Shown here: positions 24,689 to 34,394 of the stretch, piece after piece | Numbering within the stretch: position 1 is the first letter of the stretch | Layout of the letters: the number at the start of each line of letters is the position of its first letter | The notes under the pieces: model-generated | What the model was told of the DNA's origin: nothing | Databases searched by the model: none | Seen by the model: the letters and a program-made list of their open reading frames with translations, nothing else | Made by a program: the position numbers and the translations under genes | DNA from: a virus | Direction: 5' to 3' (one strand) | Length of the DNA: 64,000 nucleotides | IMG/VR virus record: IMGVR_UViG_3300030085_001980

Positions 24689-27600
24689 ATAACGAGTTCC
24701 CTGATCTGGATAACATCACCAGTTGCAGGGGCAGTGCTAATACTAAAGTCAACCGCGTTCCCGTTCACGTTGTAGTCAACACCAGGAATCTGTGCAACAC
24801 CATTAAGGAATACGAGGACAGAATATGAAGTGTGACCAGCACTAATAGCAAAGGAAGTTGTGGAACCATTTCCATTATATGTGACGCCGTTATTGCCGTT
24901 AGCAAGACCAGTCGCCAATCTATATTTATCAGCGGCACCGTAAGATCCAGTGACATCGATGTTTCCATCGAAGAATGTATTACCACTGACCTTAAGTCTG
25001 TTATTAACATCGGGTGCCATACCGATACCATAGTTGGTAACACCACTGAAACGACGTGCAGTGATAGGACCAGTATCGGTCATACCAAACTTATACCACG
25101 TACCTGCTTCATAGATCCAACCAAGTGAATCACCAGCAACCCAGTCAATGTTGTAGATCAAATCTCCATCATTGAATGCCTGAGTGTTATCAATATCAGG
25201 TTGTCCAGATCCATCATCCTCAGCAAGGAATGTCTGTCTCAGAACAGTACCATCATCGTTAGCATAAGTAAGTTTTGCTACCTGTACATTCTCAGTGTTG
25301 GTAATTCTCTTCTGGAAAGTAACAGGACCAGAGAAGACAGATTCCAACTGGTTAGATGCACCACCGATAACAGTCAGTTTGTCGGTAAGAACAACCTCAG
25401 AGAAAGTCTGAATGGTAGTATTTTCTTCACCAACAACATTCAACTGTGCAATATCTTCGTTAGTGATCTGACCCGTAACAGGGTTAATCACCTGGTTACC
25501 AACGAACAGTTCACCGTCAGAGTTCACACCAGAGTAGTATGCAACACCTGCCGCTTCTTTTAGCGACTGTGACAGACGTACTTGTTGTGGTGTAAGAACT
25601 TCAACCTGAGTTGATGGGAATGCGGTGGAGTAGTTACCAGGACCGAAACCAAGATATTCAAACGTGTGACCAGATGCTCTAAGAATAGAGTATCTTCTCA
25701 ATTCACAAAGGATAGGTGCGACAGAGTTGTCAGCGTTAAGTTTCAGAGCAATCTTACGCTCTTCTTCATCACCAAGACGTGCAGTAACAACAATACTGTT
25801 CAATGTGTTTGCAGTAGTGTTATATCCCAGGTTGTTTTCCTGTTCCAACAGGAAGAACTGGGTAGTTTCTTTGGTGATAGAGAGTTTCTTGTCTTCAGCA
25901 GGATTAGGTTGTGCACCATCAGTTGTGGTAACAGCACCAATAATCTCGTTAGATGCAACAGAAACAGCAGGTGCAGGGTCTGCAACAGGATTGTCTCTGT
26001 CAAATGTAGGATAAACGTCTACAGTCTGCTGAGAGAATGAGAAGTCATCGAAGTTGGACGTTGCAGGAGCAACAGATGCGTTCAGAACTGACAGATAGTA
26101 GATACCATCAGAAACACCACGCTCAAACTCTTGATATGTTTCAACTTCAAAGATGTAGTACGTTTTGTCGTACGCTGGAGAGTTAGTCTCTGACGATCTA
26201 GGTTGAATAACGAAACCAGTGATGGGAGGACGAGGAATCGGGAATGCATCCTTGTTCAGAACATAGCGGAAGCGATAGATTCTGTCCTTCAGATCACGAG
26301 CATCAGGTACACGACGTATAAAAGTAGTAGGAGTAAATCCAAGGTTATTATACTGCGAGTTTGCAATCAGTGTAGTATAAATGTCATTGTTTGCAGAGTC
26401 AACTTGAATGTACCAGTTAGACTGTGCAGTGTCATATTTGATTGGAGATGCATCATCACCAGGAGAAGTACCAGTTACTTCAGGACCTGATGGATCAATC
26501 TTTGCAGTGTGTGTTGTAGGGTTATTTGCACCTGCTGCAATCAACAGTACGTTGACTTTATCGGGCAGTGTGGGTGAATCTCTACGTGCACCAATCGTAT
26601 AACCCTGAATCTTGCTAGGGGGTTTTGCATTCTGATTGGTGTAACCATACAAGAACAGTTTTGTAGGATCTGCTGCTGCCTTGATCTTCTGAATGTCAAG
26701 TGTTACCCAGTTGATCGAAACTTCCGCAACATCATCTAGTGCTTTTGGAGGGATAACGTGCGTAATCTGTCCTGCCTTATCCTTTGTAAATGCTGCTCTC
26801 TTAAATCCCTTAGATCTAAGTGAGGTATTTCCGAAATTACTATTACTGTTGGTAATAGAAAGGTCACCCCCACTGTCAGAGAAGAAATGATCGCCAAATC
26901 CCACAGCGAACACAGACACAACCTGAATGAATGAGTCATTGGATGCCTTAATGTGGCAATGACGCCATCCTTTACGGTATTTTGCCAAACCATCAATGTG
27001 GGCACCTGATCCCGCTGCCTGTGCTTCATAATTACCCGTCGAAGGATTATATTTTACAAAGGCACGGTCATCTTTCTGTAGTGATATGCCAGTAAACTGA
27101 GCGACCACCATCGATTTGAAACCAGTTGCCTTTGAACCATCGGCGTGCATCCCTTGGATACCCCACACACTTCTCAGTGATAGGTTAAATGCATAGGGAG
27201 ATGCAGAGTCAACGGTGTCAATTTCAACTTTAACCAGTACGTTGGAACCAATAGCGTTGCCTGTTGGTTCAGATGACATCTGATAGGTAAACTGGTTACC
27301 CTGTGCAGATGTTACAAGGAAGGATCCGTTATATAGATTTGAATCTGCCTCAGTAGGTCCCGTGACGCCTGAGATGTTGACCGCGACCCCGACAGAGAAA
27401 CCGTGATTAACAGGGTTATCCTGAATATCGACAGTAAATGCTGTTGCTGTTTGTCCATTACGGATGATCTGGGAAACTCTGAATTCGTCGGAAATCGGAC
27501 CAACAATTCTGTTTTCTTCGACCCTTGCCTGAATCTGGTCTTGTGCAATGTTACCAGAAGTGTCAGGAATCGTAGCGTACGCTTTAGAGATCTTCTGATA

Positions 27601-28260
27601 GTAAAGATCCAGGTCAGTTGTAGTGGCGTACTCGAAGCAAGTAATCTTGTGGTGTGAGAAGTTCGGTGCAATCGTGTCCGAAAGTTCGGGACGATAATAA
27701 ACTCCGTTGTTATCACCATCAAAGAATGAGAACTGCCAGAAATACGTACCACCAGTTACACGGAAGATGGCAGTAGTACCAGGTTCGTTGGCAGCACTAA
27801 TACCAAGAGATGCCTGAGTCGTAGGATAAGGGACGTACTTAGGAATAATTTTAGTACGACGAAGGTCAGAACCAACAACAGAAACACCTCTAGGACAGAT
27901 AACACCACCGTTTACAGAGTTAAACTTGTAAAGGATGTTATTGCTAGAGGTGAGATCGAAGTTAGTATTTTCGTCGAAGGGAGTGATGTCACCGAAGTCA
28001 GATACACCTGGTCTGTTATCAATAACGTACTCAGATGGATACAGATAGATCGAGAATGCGTCAAATTCGTCGTTTGACAGACCAACTCGATAGGAGAATC
28101 GTGCCACTTCAAGGAAGGCACGTTGCAACGTCTTAAATGGGCGCAATGCCGAGTTACCTCGGTTGTCGTATGCATCCGAGGCGTCGAAGTCGTCGGGGTT
28201 CACATATATAATGCGACCCGTTCTCGACGTGATGATATTCTTAAGACGAGTTAGTGCCAT
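24685..28260 (-). CDS. Large tail-fibre/baseplate structural protein (1191 aa)
   Basis: IYVNP...RPFKTLQRA N-terminus typical of cyanomyovirus fibres; VSIVGSDLRRT-like motif; C-terminal VFLNGVAQIPG.DY repeat. Confidence 0.8.
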   Translation of the reverse strand: MALTRLKNIITSRTGRIIYVNPDDFDASDAYDNRGNSALRPFKTLQRAFLEVARFSYRVGLSNDEFDAFSIYLYPSEYVIDNRPGVSDFGDITPFDENTNFDLTSSNNILYKFNSVNGGVICPRGVSVVGSDLRRTKIIPKYVPYPTTQASLGISAANEPGTTAIFRVTGGTYFWQFSFFDGDNNGVYYRPELSDTIAPNFSHHKITCFEYATTTDLDLYYQKISKAYATIPDTSGNIAQDQIQARVEENRIVGPISDEFRVSQIIRNGQTATAFTVDIQDNPVNHGFSVGVAVNISGVTGPTEADSNLYNGSFLVTSAQGNQFTYQMSSEPTGNAIGSNVLVKVEIDTVDSASPYAFNLSLRSVWGIQGMHADGSKATGFKSMVVAQFTGISLQKDDRAFVKYNPSTGNYEAQAAGSGAHIDGLAKYRKGWRHCHIKASNDSFIQVVSVFAVGFGDHFFSDSGGDLSITNSNSNFGNTSLRSKGFKRAAFTKDKAGQITHVIPPKALDDVAEVSINWVTLDIQKIKAAADPTKLFLYGYTNQNAKPPSKIQGYTIGARRDSPTLPDKVNVLLIAAGANNPTTHTAKIDPSGPEVTGTSPGDDASPIKYDTAQSNWYIQVDSANNDIYTTLIANSQYNNLGFTPTTFIRRVPDARDLKDRIYRFRYVLNKDAFPIPRPPITGFVIQPRSSETNSPAYDKTYYIFEVETYQEFERGVSDGIYYLSVLNASVAPATSNFDDFSFSQQTVDVYPTFDRDNPVADPAPAVSVASNEIIGAVTTTDGAQPNPAEDKKLSITKETTQFFLLEQENNLGYNTTANTLNSIVVTARLGDEEERKIALKLNADNSVAPILCELRRYSILRASGHTFEYLGFGPGNYSTAFPSTQVEVLTPQQVRLSQSLKEAAGVAYYSGVNSDGELFVGNQVINPVTGQITNEDIAQLNVVGEENTTIQTFSEVVLTDKLTVIGGASNQLESVFSGPVTFQKRITNTENVQVAKLTYANDDGTVLRQTFLAEDDGSGQPDIDNTQAFNDGDLIYNIDWVAGDSLGWIYEAGTWYKFGMTDTGPITARRFSGVTNYGIGMAPDVNNRLKVSGNTFFDGNIDVTGSYGAADKYRLATGLANGNNGVTYNGNGSTTSFAISAGHTSYSVLVFLNGVAQIPGVDYNVNGNAVDFSISTAPATGDVIQIRELVI

Positions 28261-28285
28261 CTCTTAATAGGTTCCCTTATATGTC

Positions 28286-28292
28286 TATTTAG
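28286..28292 (-). promoter_or_regulatory. Late promoter variant
   Basis: CTAAATA upstream of the 1191-aa gene. Confidence 0.6.
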
Positions 28293-28303
28293 TTGTCGTC
28301 AGA

Positions 28304-30226
28304 TCAGGGTCCTGCTGGAGGTGCAGCACCGCCACCGCCACCACCACCAGCAACACCAGCAGTGGGAGGTACGTAATCGATAATTTCAAAGTCAGATACA
28401 GTATTCACAAATCCATTGACTTGGAAAGACATATCCGCAGAAGATGCGTACACGATCAGGTGTGATCCAGGACCAACAACGAGTCCTTTGTGCTCTTGTG
28501 TTGCGTTTGCACCAATAGCAGCGTCATACCACACATAATCTTCATTAGAAAGATCAGTTGCGGCAGTTACACTACTTACAGTTGCAATAGTACGTGTTGC
28601 ACCTTGGGTCGGAGGAGTGTCGGGGAAAGTGTCACTACCCGCAAAGAATGCAGGAGAGTCATTATCCACGAACACACTCAGAACACCACCAGTGCCATCC
28701 CAAGCAGTAACATATCCGAAAGCACCAGGTGTAGGAGTGCCGATAGTTTGTGCGGCAGTACCAACCAAGAATGTGTTACCAGTTGTGGGAGTACCAACTA
28801 CATCATAGATGTAAATCTGTGTGAATGTAGGGTCGGGGTTAATATCGATAGAAGCACTATAACCTGCTGTACCATCAGCATAGTAGAAGATGGGGTCGGG
28901 TGTAGTTGAACTAACCTCGATTGTAATATGACAACCAGCAGAACCAGGAGTACCAACTTTCGTAACACCAGTTGTATATTCAACACCAGGTGTAGGTGTT
29001 GCGTTGACACCCTCAGTAACGTCTGAGAATCTCAGCGGAAGACCAGTGTTACTAGAATCAGAGAGATCAAACTTGTAAGACTGATCAACATTCAGACTGA
29101 AAGTTGTAGAAGGAACGACCTCTTGACCAGATGTAACAGACCAGATGTACTTAGGAGTAAAGGCAACATCAACGGTAGGTGCACCTTGATTGTTCACCGT
29201 TGCGTTAGACGTACCACCAGTCAGTGTCTCACCTGCACTGTTAAACCAGTTAGCAGCAGAACTACCAGCAACAGTCAAAGGAGTGACAGTAACACCATCA
29301 GCGTGCTGTGCCATTGCCGTTCCCCACTGTGCACGAGTAACAGTAACATCGTTACCGTTGACAGCAGTTGCGAGCATAACCTCGTTACCAATGACGATGT
29401 AAGAACCCGAAAGGATTGCAGCACCACTTGTAACTGTCAGAGTTGTGTCACCTGTAGCAAAAGGTGCACCCTCGTTAATAGTTGTAGTAGTTCCCGAAGG
29501 AGTGTGTGCAGTGATGTACTGACCAGCAGTGTGAGCAACATCACTTGTGCCAAGACTACCACGAGTAACAACCAACGTACCACCACCAGAGTCGCCAGTG
29601 TAGAACGTGGCGCTGCTAACCGTCATAATTTCAGCATTGGCATTACCCGCATCCATAACGATGTAATCGCCAGCGTTGAAATTAACAGCAGAAGAAACTT
29701 TCAGTTGAGTTGCTGCCTGAGCAAAGTCTGGAATTTCAATCTGGAAACCAGTAGAACCTGCACCACGATAAGTTGCGGTAAGACCTGATGTTGCAGCAGT
29801 CAGTGTTTCTCCACCTTGGAATGTACCAGCAATCGTTGCAGAGTCAATACCAACTTCACCTGTGGTTGCAATCTTAGTGTAATACGTGGTAGTTGTAGTT
29901 GTACGTACAACGTCAGCAATCTTCGCAGTAAAGTTACTTTCCTCACCGACGATGGCAAGACCAGGAGTTGCGTCATCAACGGTCAGACCAGGATTGATCT
30001 CAATCTGATACTTACTCACCACGTTCCCTGGTTGGAACTTGTAGGTGTTAGCATCCAGAGTCAACTTCTGACTATAATTTTTATGACCGATCCTATACGT
30101 ACCAGCACTACCTCCTCGCTCACATACGTGAACGACTGCCGAAGTAGTGTCAGCAATATCGGAACTGTATAGAACCGTATTTGTTGTTGCTGCGGGTGCT
30201 ACCGCAGCGAGTCTTCCTGCTGTCAT
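28304..30226 (-). CDS. Virion structural protein (Thr/Gly-rich beta repeats)
   Basis: Repeated EIM.V......VTRG..GT...AH units; YKFDLSDSSN.G.PLRFS domain. Confidence 0.75.
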   Translation of the reverse strand: MTAGRLAAVAPAATTNTVLYSSDIADTTSAVVHVCERGGSAGTYRIGHKNYSQKLTLDANTYKFQPGNVVSKYQIEINPGLTVDDATPGLAIVGEESNFTAKIADVVRTTTTTTYYTKIATTGEVGIDSATIAGTFQGGETLTAATSGLTATYRGAGSTGFQIEIPDFAQAATQLKVSSAVNFNAGDYIVMDAGNANAEIMTVSSATFYTGDSGGGTLVVTRGSLGTSDVAHTAGQYITAHTPSGTTTTINEGAPFATGDTTLTVTSGAAILSGSYIVIGNEVMLATAVNGNDVTVTRAQWGTAMAQHADGVTVTPLTVAGSSAANWFNSAGETLTGGTSNATVNNQGAPTVDVAFTPKYIWSVTSGQEVVPSTTFSLNVDQSYKFDLSDSSNTGLPLRFSDVTEGVNATPTPGVEYTTGVTKVGTPGSAGCHITIEVSSTTPDPIFYYADGTAGYSASIDINPDPTFTQIYIYDVVGTPTTGNTFLVGTAAQTIGTPTPGAFGYVTAWDGTGGVLSVFVDNDSPAFFAGSDTFPDTPPTQGATRTIATVSSVTAATDLSNEDYVWYDAAIGANATQEHKGLVVGPGSHLIVYASSADMSFQVNGFVNTVSDFEIIDYVPPTAGVAGGGGGGGAAPPAGP

Positions 30227-30233
30227 TGTTTAG

Positions 30234-31559
30234 TTACCATCCTGCTGCGAAGTGTTGTTGGAGTCTGAGTCTACCACCCAGATCAGGTGCCGAGATCGGA
30301 CCACCGAACGACACACCCAGTGTGCCTACGTTTGCTGTTGAAAGCAGAGTTGCGTCTGCGTTCGGAAATTGAATAGATCGTGTACCTTCGATGTTACTCA
30401 GATCAAGATTGACCTGTCGAGTATCATCAGTTTCGTCAATCAGTCTCAGAGAAACAATAGATTTGTTAGTCAGAACCTGAGTTGCATCCTCAGCAACCAG
30501 TGTGTTGTTAGCGAGGATATTTGTATTTAGCCCAGTTGCTGGGAACTCATATCGGAGTGTTGTTGCTCCAGTGACATTCGTAGCATCAATAAAGATACGA
30601 GCAGTAGTGTCAGCACCGTTTACAAAATACGGGTCTGCATAGTTCTTGTTCGTGAATGTCTGAGTTGCGTCAGCACCAGCAATTACAAATGATTGGTCAG
30701 GGAAGGTAACTGATCGATCAGTTGTCAAAGGAGACGCATCAAGCGTCATCTTTGGCGTTGGGTTGTTCGGATCACCAGAGGCAATATCCGAAACGGTGGG
30801 GTTGATCAGGTTCTTGTTACTTACGTCCTGCTCAGTGATCGTATCGATCAGAGTGGACTGAGAAGCAGTGGTACCATAATCAGGGAGACGATAAATGTGA
30901 GTGACAGGTGACTCCCAAGCATCAGTCTCAAATCTAGCGATCTTACCACCATCAGAGGAACCTATAATCTGTAGGTTGTTATCCTCAATAATGATAGTCT
31001 TATTGGTGATGGTTTGTGCAGTGTCATTACCAATCAGTGTGGTAGACGTGAACGAACCAGTATTAGGTAGTGAGAACGTACGGATACCAGCGCCAGTGGT
31101 AACATTCGAGATCTCAAACTTTGCTCGCTTATCAGGGTTCTGATCATCCGCGAGGAAGAAATTAACGTCGGTTAGTTCAGTCGGACCATTAACAAGAAAC
31201 TTACCAGAACCCTGGGGTCTCAAGTCGATGTTGACGTTTGCAGAGGTCGTATCACCAGCAATCAAACGAATCGTCGCAGATCCATCCGCGTTATCTTGCT
31301 TTCTATAGTACATCGAAGACGTACCGAATGCAAGACCGATTTCATTATACTGATTTTGGTATAGTCCAGTGTCTCTGTCCAGGTCAAAAGCTAGACCAGG
31401 TGCGGATTGACTACCTGCTGAGACTCCTTTGAAAAGTTGGTTAATCCTTGCTTTTCTGTTAGGAATCAGAGGGTCAGAGATAACAACTGGCAGAATCGCT
31501 TCACCTGTCAGTACCTCATCCGCCAGAGTATCTAATTGTGAAATTCTTTTTGTTCCCAC
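30234..31559 (-). CDS. Virion structural protein (fibre/baseplate)
   Basis: MGTKRISQL, GSQSAPGLAFD.D.DTGLY, repeated QTITNKT units. Confidence 0.75.
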   Translation of the reverse strand: MGTKRISQLDTLADEVLTGEAILPVVISDPLIPNRKARINQLFKGVSAGSQSAPGLAFDLDRDTGLYQNQYNEIGLAFGTSSMYYRKQDNADGSATIRLIAGDTTSANVNIDLRPQGSGKFLVNGPTELTDVNFFLADDQNPDKRAKFEISNVTTGAGIRTFSLPNTGSFTSTTLIGNDTAQTITNKTIIIEDNNLQIIGSSDGGKIARFETDAWESPVTHIYRLPDYGTTASQSTLIDTITEQDVSNKNLINPTVSDIASGDPNNPTPKMTLDASPLTTDRSVTFPDQSFVIAGADATQTFTNKNYADPYFVNGADTTARIFIDATNVTGATTLRYEFPATGLNTNILANNTLVAEDATQVLTNKSIVSLRLIDETDDTRQVNLDLSNIEGTRSIQFPNADATLLSTANVGTLGVSFGGPISAPDLGGRLRLQQHFAAGW

Positions 31560-31587
31560 GTAACTCAGGCGCTATTTCGTACAGTTT

Positions 31588-31595
31588 TATTTATA
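31588..31595 (-). promoter_or_regulatory. T4-type late promoter
   Basis: TATAAATA. Confidence 0.75.
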
Positions 31596-31598
31596 ACC

Positions 31599-31733
31599 CT
31601 AATCAAGTAGGGTACGGTTGTGCCAATCCTTTTCTAGAGGATACAATTCATTATATCGAATGAACCGCTTGAGGTTAGGTTTGACATCCAAAGAGTAGCA
31701 GCAATCACAATACGATTGCCATTCATCTTCCAA
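31599..31733 (-). CDS. Small Cys-containing hypothetical protein
   Basis: Probable TTG start; EWQSYCDCCYSLDVKPNLKRFIRYNELY. Confidence 0.55.
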   Translation of the reverse strand: MEDEWQSYCDCCYSLDVKPNLKRFIRYNELYPLEKDWHNRTLLD

Positions 31734-31744
31734 TTTTAGATCTT

Positions 31745-31906
31745 CTAATTTGATGAGATCTTCGTTACGTACGCCTCGAACTGGTCCGCCATTGAACGAT
31801 ACCCAGAACCTACGTAGATTTGACCAGAGACTACTGCCACGGTCGCGATTGCCCAAAAAACGTAATACCATTGAGTTTTCACCTGATGAAGTTGTTTTCG
31901 TTTCAT
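31745..31906 (-). CDS. Small membrane protein (53 aa)
   Basis: Manual translation MKRKQLHQVKTQWYYVFWAIATVAVVSGQIYVGSGYRSMADQFEAYVTKISSN. Confidence 0.7.
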   Translation of the reverse strand: MKRKQLHQVKTQWYYVFWAIATVAVVSGQIYVGSGYRSMADQFEAYVTKISSN

Positions 31907-32046
31907 AAGTTATGGAAGTATTGTTGCGTGTGATACCGTTTTCAGCACTTTTATGCTATATATTAGGAGTCAAACACATTTGCGCGGAGGGCGTATGAAT
32001 TGATCTTTTTTAATTCGTTATGTTTTGAATCAGAATAGGAGATGCT

Positions 32047-32220
32047 ATGCACAATTTAATTTCTTTCAACCAACTGGCAGGTTGGTTAAGGTTTGAGAAA
32101 ACCTTAAACGAATCTGAACAGCAGAACACCGTGATCAACGAATATTTCGACTGTTTGATTGAGTGCGATGAGTCTCAAAACTTATGTAAGAAATATTGTA
32201 GAGGCATCTTAGAAAGATAG
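32047..32220 (+). CDS. Small four-cysteine protein (57 aa)
   Basis: Manual translation MHNLISFNQLAGW...EYFDCLIECDESQNLCKKYCRGILER; AGGAG RBS; own terminator. Confidence 0.75.
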   Translation: MHNLISFNQLAGWLRFEKTLNESEQQNTVINEYFDCLIECDESQNLCKKYCRGILER

Positions 32221-32224
32221 AAAC

Positions 32225-32250
32225 GGGGGGTCAGAGACCCCCCTTTTTTT
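32225..32250 (+). terminator. Rho-independent terminator
   Basis: GGGGGGTC-AGA-GACCCCCC-T7. Confidence 0.85.
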
Positions 32251-32270
32251 CGCAGTTCCTTCACACGGAG

Positions 32271-32343
32271 TGGAGAATAACGGACTCGAACCGATGACAT
32301 CCTGCTTGCAAAGCAGGCGCTCTACCAACTGAGCTAATTCCCC
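32271..32343 (-). tRNA. trnA: tRNA-Ala(TGC)
   Basis: GGGGAATTAGCTCAGTTGGTAGAGCG-CCTGC-TTTGCAA-GCAGG...GGTTCGAGTCC...TTCTCCA cloverleaf. Confidence 0.95.
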
Positions 32344-32540
32344 TTATTTTTCTCCTCTTTTGAAAGTTTGAAGTACAACTTATAGTACCTCTTTTTGATC
32401 TCTTCTAGAGTGTCCATATCTTCTTTGAAACCCATATACTTGGTAAGTTGATATGAACCCTCTAGTTCACTAATAAGACGTAGTATGTTGACAGATGTCA
32501 CTGGGAATCCACCAAACACGTACTGAGCGCAATCATTCAA
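32334..32540 (-). CDS. Hypothetical protein
   Basis: ORF track; stop lies inside tRNA-Ala. Confidence 0.7.
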   Translation of the reverse strand: MNDCAQYVFGGFPVTSVNILRLISELEGSYQLTKYMGFKEDMDTLEEIKKRYYKLYFKLSKEEKNKGN

Positions 32541-32776
32541 TGGAATAATCCTTTATCTGACATATAGTGAAGAGCATCCTTAAGACCTCCTACGTGCTTA
32601 ATTCCTACTGAAATTTGTGGGAACTCTGCAGTTCTACCAAACTCATCATAGAATTGTTTGGCAGTAAAGTCTTTATTTAGATAGTACGTAATTAACTCAT
32701 CGAAAGCGCAAGCCTTAAGGAGAGACTCGGCACGTTCACATTCCTGATTCTTGTTGCTATAGATGATCGCTTTCAT
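32537..32776 (-). CDS. Glutaredoxin-like protein
   Basis: IIYS...QECERA..LL, FPQI...HVGG thioredoxin-fold motifs with a single Cys. Confidence 0.75.
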   Translation of the reverse strand: MKAIIYSNKNQECERAESLLKACAFDELITYYLNKDFTAKQFYDEFGRTAEFPQISVGIKHVGGLKDALHYMSDKGLFH

Positions 32777-32982
32777 TTTTTAGTGTGGTTGAATTCAATA
32801 ACAAACTTTTCGTGTTCTGTTGTTCTATCACAGCAAGTGTAGTGTTTTGCTGTGCCACCTAGGAGTTCTGCAACTTGTTCAATAAGATTCTCTGCGATCA
32901 CCCTATTGGTTGCAATACGCCATTTCTCCTCATTTTCCTCTCGTACGTCAGTCACGTTGCCTCCAGTCATCAGGTTTGTCAC
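32773..32982 (-). CDS. Hypothetical protein
   Basis: ORF track; start uncertain (GTG at 32955 possible). Confidence 0.6.
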   Translation of the reverse strand: MTNLMTGGNVTDVREENEEKWRIATNRVIAENLIEQVAELLGGTAKHYTCCDRTTEHEKFVIEFNHTKK

Positions 32983-33265
32983 GTTGGAACCAATCTACAA
33001 TTTCATCAGCACCGCTGAACCCCGTTCTATGATTGGATGGGTCGGGGTCACCTAGTCCCATCCTATTCATAAAATCATCCATACTTCCTTCCTGCATATC
33101 AGGATTTGATGCCTGACGGCGTGCTTTGTTCATCCAGTCTCTAGCAAGAGTATGTGCTTTGGCAAGTTTCTCTGCCCAGATCATATCTTCCAATGGAACT
33201 GGTTCGTTGTTTGCGATACAACGACAGATGGACTCCAATCTGAGACGATACGCAGTTGAGAGCAT
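32948..33265 (-). CDS. Conserved cyanophage/cyanobacterial hypothetical protein
   Basis: MLSTAYRLRLESICRCI...MIWAEKLAK; CTAAATA at 33288-33294 upstream. Confidence 0.8.
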   Translation of the reverse strand: MLSTAYRLRLESICRCIANNEPVPLEDMIWAEKLAKAHTLARDWMNKARRQASNPDMQEGSMDDFMNRMGLGDPDPSNHRTGFSGADEIVDWFQRDKPDDWRQRD

Positions 33266-33286
33266 TATGGTTTCTTGAGTGTCGGA

Positions 33287-33484
33287 CTATTTAGAAATCA
33301 TTTCTGATAACTCTTCAGTTTTGTTCCAGTCTGCATACGCAGTATCAGAACGTTCCTGAAGTACGTCAAGAATGTCCTCGTAGATAGTTTCGTTGGGAAT
33401 ACCATCATCGAGATATGTAAGTAACGCTTCTTTTAGATAGCGTTTCCTATGCCATTCTGGACTATAGGGTTTGTAGTGTGTCAT
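33287..33484 (-). CDS. Hypothetical protein
   Basis: YKPYSPEWHRKRYLKEA motif. Confidence 0.7.
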   Translation of the reverse strand: MTHYKPYSPEWHRKRYLKEALLTYLDDGIPNETIYEDILDVLQERSDTAYADWNKTEELSEMISK

Positions 33485-33500
33485 AATAAAGGTTGATGAG

Positions 33501-33572
33501 AGCCAAATACCCGATTTGAACGGGTGACCTACTGTTTACAAGACAGTTGCTCTACCGCTGAGCTAATCTGGC
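33501..33572 (-). tRNA. trnT: tRNA-Thr(TGT)
   Basis: GCCAGATTAGCTCAGCGGTAGAGCA-ACTGT-CTTGTAA-ACAGT...CGTTCAAATCG...TTTGGCT. Confidence 0.93.
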
Positions 33573-33689
33573 GGTGAGGTTTCTCTTTTCCTGTTCCGCG
33601 ATAAACGTACGCAGTTCAGGAGTTTCTACCCACTCCCAAATTGTACCATCTTTTTGGATAAATTGCTTGGTCGGTGTGTGCAGTTTCAT
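33552..33689 (-). CDS. Small hypothetical protein (45 aa)
   Basis: Manual translation MKLHTPTKQFIQKDGTIWEWVETPELRTFIAEQEKRNLTARLAQR; ends inside tRNA-Thr. Confidence 0.55.
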   Translation of the reverse strand: MKLHTPTKQFIQKDGTIWEWVETPELRTFIAEQEKRNLTARLAQR

Positions 33690-33695
33690 AGAAGT

Positions 33696-33950
33696 TCAAA
33701 ATGGGAGTTCTTCTTCACAGACTACAGACTCAAGTTCAAATATGATTGGGTGGCATTGCTCAATAACGAGATACTCACTTGCTTTCATAATTTCTTCGAG
33801 ACTAATATAAGTCTGCTTGTGCGCTAATTCTATCACGTCATCTGTGGGATCGTCAACCTCGTCAAAGGTGAACGGTAACCCATTTAGATACCAGATACGT
33901 GCTAATCCTACCTGGGTGAGGAAACGGTAGTCGGAATAGATTTTGAACAT
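33696..33950 (-). CDS. Conserved cyanophage hypothetical protein
   Basis: VGLARIWYLNGLPFTFDE...ASEYLVIEQCHP. Confidence 0.75.
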   Translation of the reverse strand: MFKIYSDYRFLTQVGLARIWYLNGLPFTFDEVDDPTDDVIELAHKQTYISLEEIMKASEYLVIEQCHPIIFELESVVCEEELPF

Positions 33951-34384
33951 CGGATGAACTGAAACGGACCTCTATTTGTACCCCAGATCATTTTACCTTG
34001 ATCGTTCCATCCCTTGTCATCCGTATCAAATGTCTCCTTAGTTAGGAGAATCTTTGATTCCACCTTGTTTCCTTTACCGTTGACAGCACCAGGTAAGGTG
34101 CTTCCTTGGTACCCGTGCTCAGACTCTGTGAACACTAGATCAGGCATCTCCTCATCATCAATCCAGGTTTTCAACGTGATGTTGTTTGGATTACTGATCA
34201 GAGAGTGACGACGTTGACGATAGATTTCACCGTTCCAGTCGTACCATTGCTTTGATCTTAATGTATCGTCTTCATCTACGTACCACCAGTAGTGGATATA
34301 CGCAAATGACGATGGATACATTTGGGCTTGTTTTAGGTTGTGCCAGTGTCCTAGCAAGAGATCGAGAAAAGCATCCTGATCCAT
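33908..34384 (-). CDS. cpeT: CpeT/CpcT-type phycobiliprotein lyase
   Basis: GHWHNLKQAQ.YP..F, YRQR, DKGW...G..IWG...GPF.F. Confidence 0.88.
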   Translation of the reverse strand: MDQDAFLDLLLGHWHNLKQAQMYPSSFAYIHYWWYVDEDDTLRSKQWYDWNGEIYRQRRHSLISNPNNITLKTWIDDEEMPDLVFTESEHGYQGSTLPGAVNGKGNKVESKILLTKETFDTDDKGWNDQGKMIWGTNRGPFQFIRCSKSIPTTVSSPR

Positions 34385-34394
34385 AGTTTATATA

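Noticed and set aside
24765-30372. Numerous plus-strand and alternate-frame ORFs within the fibre genes
   Set aside because: They are short, motif-less by-products of biased codon usage in long Thr/Gly-rich genes.
31599-31871. ORF-track 90-aa ORF as a single gene
   Set aside because: Its 5' half overlaps a more convincing membrane-protein ORF (31745-31906); only the 3' half looks coding.
31928-31944. Possible NtcA/CRP site (TGTGATACCGTTTTCA) upstream of the four-Cys gene
   Set aside because: It has two or more mismatches to GTA-N8-TAC and the wrong spacing to the -10 box.
32047-32220. Calling the four-Cys protein a second CP12
   Set aside because: It lacks both the AWD.VEEL and the FC..NP...EC..Y CP12 signatures.
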